Source of the DNA: the human T2T-CHM13v2.0 reference genome, Homo sapiens
Assembly: GCF_009914755.1 (NCBI RefSeq)
Contig: NC_060931.1
Length of the DNA: 64,000 bases
Reading direction: 5' to 3' (one strand)
Part shown: in pieces, positions 63,420 through 64,000 of the stretch
Numbering within the stretch: position 1 is the stretch's first letter
How the letters are laid out: each line of letters opens with the position of its first letter
Position numbers and translations under genes: made by a program
Notes under the pieces: generated by a model
Seen by the model: only the letters and a program-made list of their open reading frames with translations
Told to the model about the DNA's origin: nothing
Databases searched by the model: none

Positions 63420-64000
63420 ATCCCCTGGCTTCTTGAGACCCAAGCGAAACAAAAAAACAAATACAGGATAGAAAGAGTTAAGTAAAAACCCTATATTCTT
63501 GAATTTGATTTGGAAATACCCATCAGAACTTGTGAGCTAGTTTACCATAAATGCATGCACACACACACATGCACACACACATATTTTCATGGTATATTTT
63601 TAAAGAAAGAGAGCGAGCCTGCAACCTATAATATTTCCTAGCTCTGCCCACTAATAAGGCCTAGAAACAATGACCTACTTAGTAGCAATGAGCATCCATG
63701 GGTCCCAGACTGCAGTCTTAAAACACCATTTCCCCAATAAAGGCAAGAAGGGTGCCTTGCAGGAATGGCTTCCTCCAGGTTTTGGGCAGGAGTACACAAG
63801 AGAGACCTGGAAAAACTTGTCATACATGACACAAGTATGCTATCAGACCACCAGTGTCATGTCAGAGAACTTAGGAGAAATATAAAGAGGCTCCCCTGGT
63901 CAACAGAGAAACAATCTGAGAATGAGTAAAGATATTAATTTCAATTAACTTGAAATACATCAAAAATGTTTAAATCCCTATGTTCCTAATGAAACCTAAA
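63420..64000 (+). mobile_element. L1MC-like 3'-end fragment
   Basis: ggcctagaaacaatgacc...gtagcaatgagcatcc motif, also seen at 54320-54550. Confidence 0.55.

Overview
AT-rich, repeat-dense primate (human-like) genomic DNA. The minus strand carries 11 consecutive GT-AG exons (60, 81, 102, 72, 47, 25, 120, 175, 100, 126 and 151 nt). They splice into one uninterrupted 352-aa frame matching the C-terminal half (exons 12-22) of the C-mannosyltransferase-family gene DPY19L2, followed by a 3' UTR with a duplicated poly(A)-signal cassette. Substitutions at normally conserved residues (LTPH>LTLH, HPHYE>HPLYE, EIWD>EICD) point to a duplicated pseudogene copy, most likely DPY19L2P1, although no stop or frameshift is visible in this window. 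The rest is L1, Alu, MIR/L2, MaLR LTRs and DNA-transposon fossils. The main hypothesis concerns a full-length L1PA2/PA3-like element antisense in intron 19. Its antisense promoter and ORF0 point down the gene, and both ORF0 splice donors are phase-compatible with downstream exons. This predicts NMD-resistant ORF0-DPY19L2 fusion proteins of 160 aa (SD1>exon 20) and 155 aa (SD2>exon 21), and SD2 here is a perfect CAG|GTGAGT donor. Other oddities include a poly(A)-tailed ERV-LTR R-region retrocopy, a locally templated inverted insertion in Tigger1, a twin-primed L1, two young L1s without TSDs and a core-plus-(GT)n minisatellite. Repeat subfamily names and comparisons to reference proteins are from recall, not from searches.
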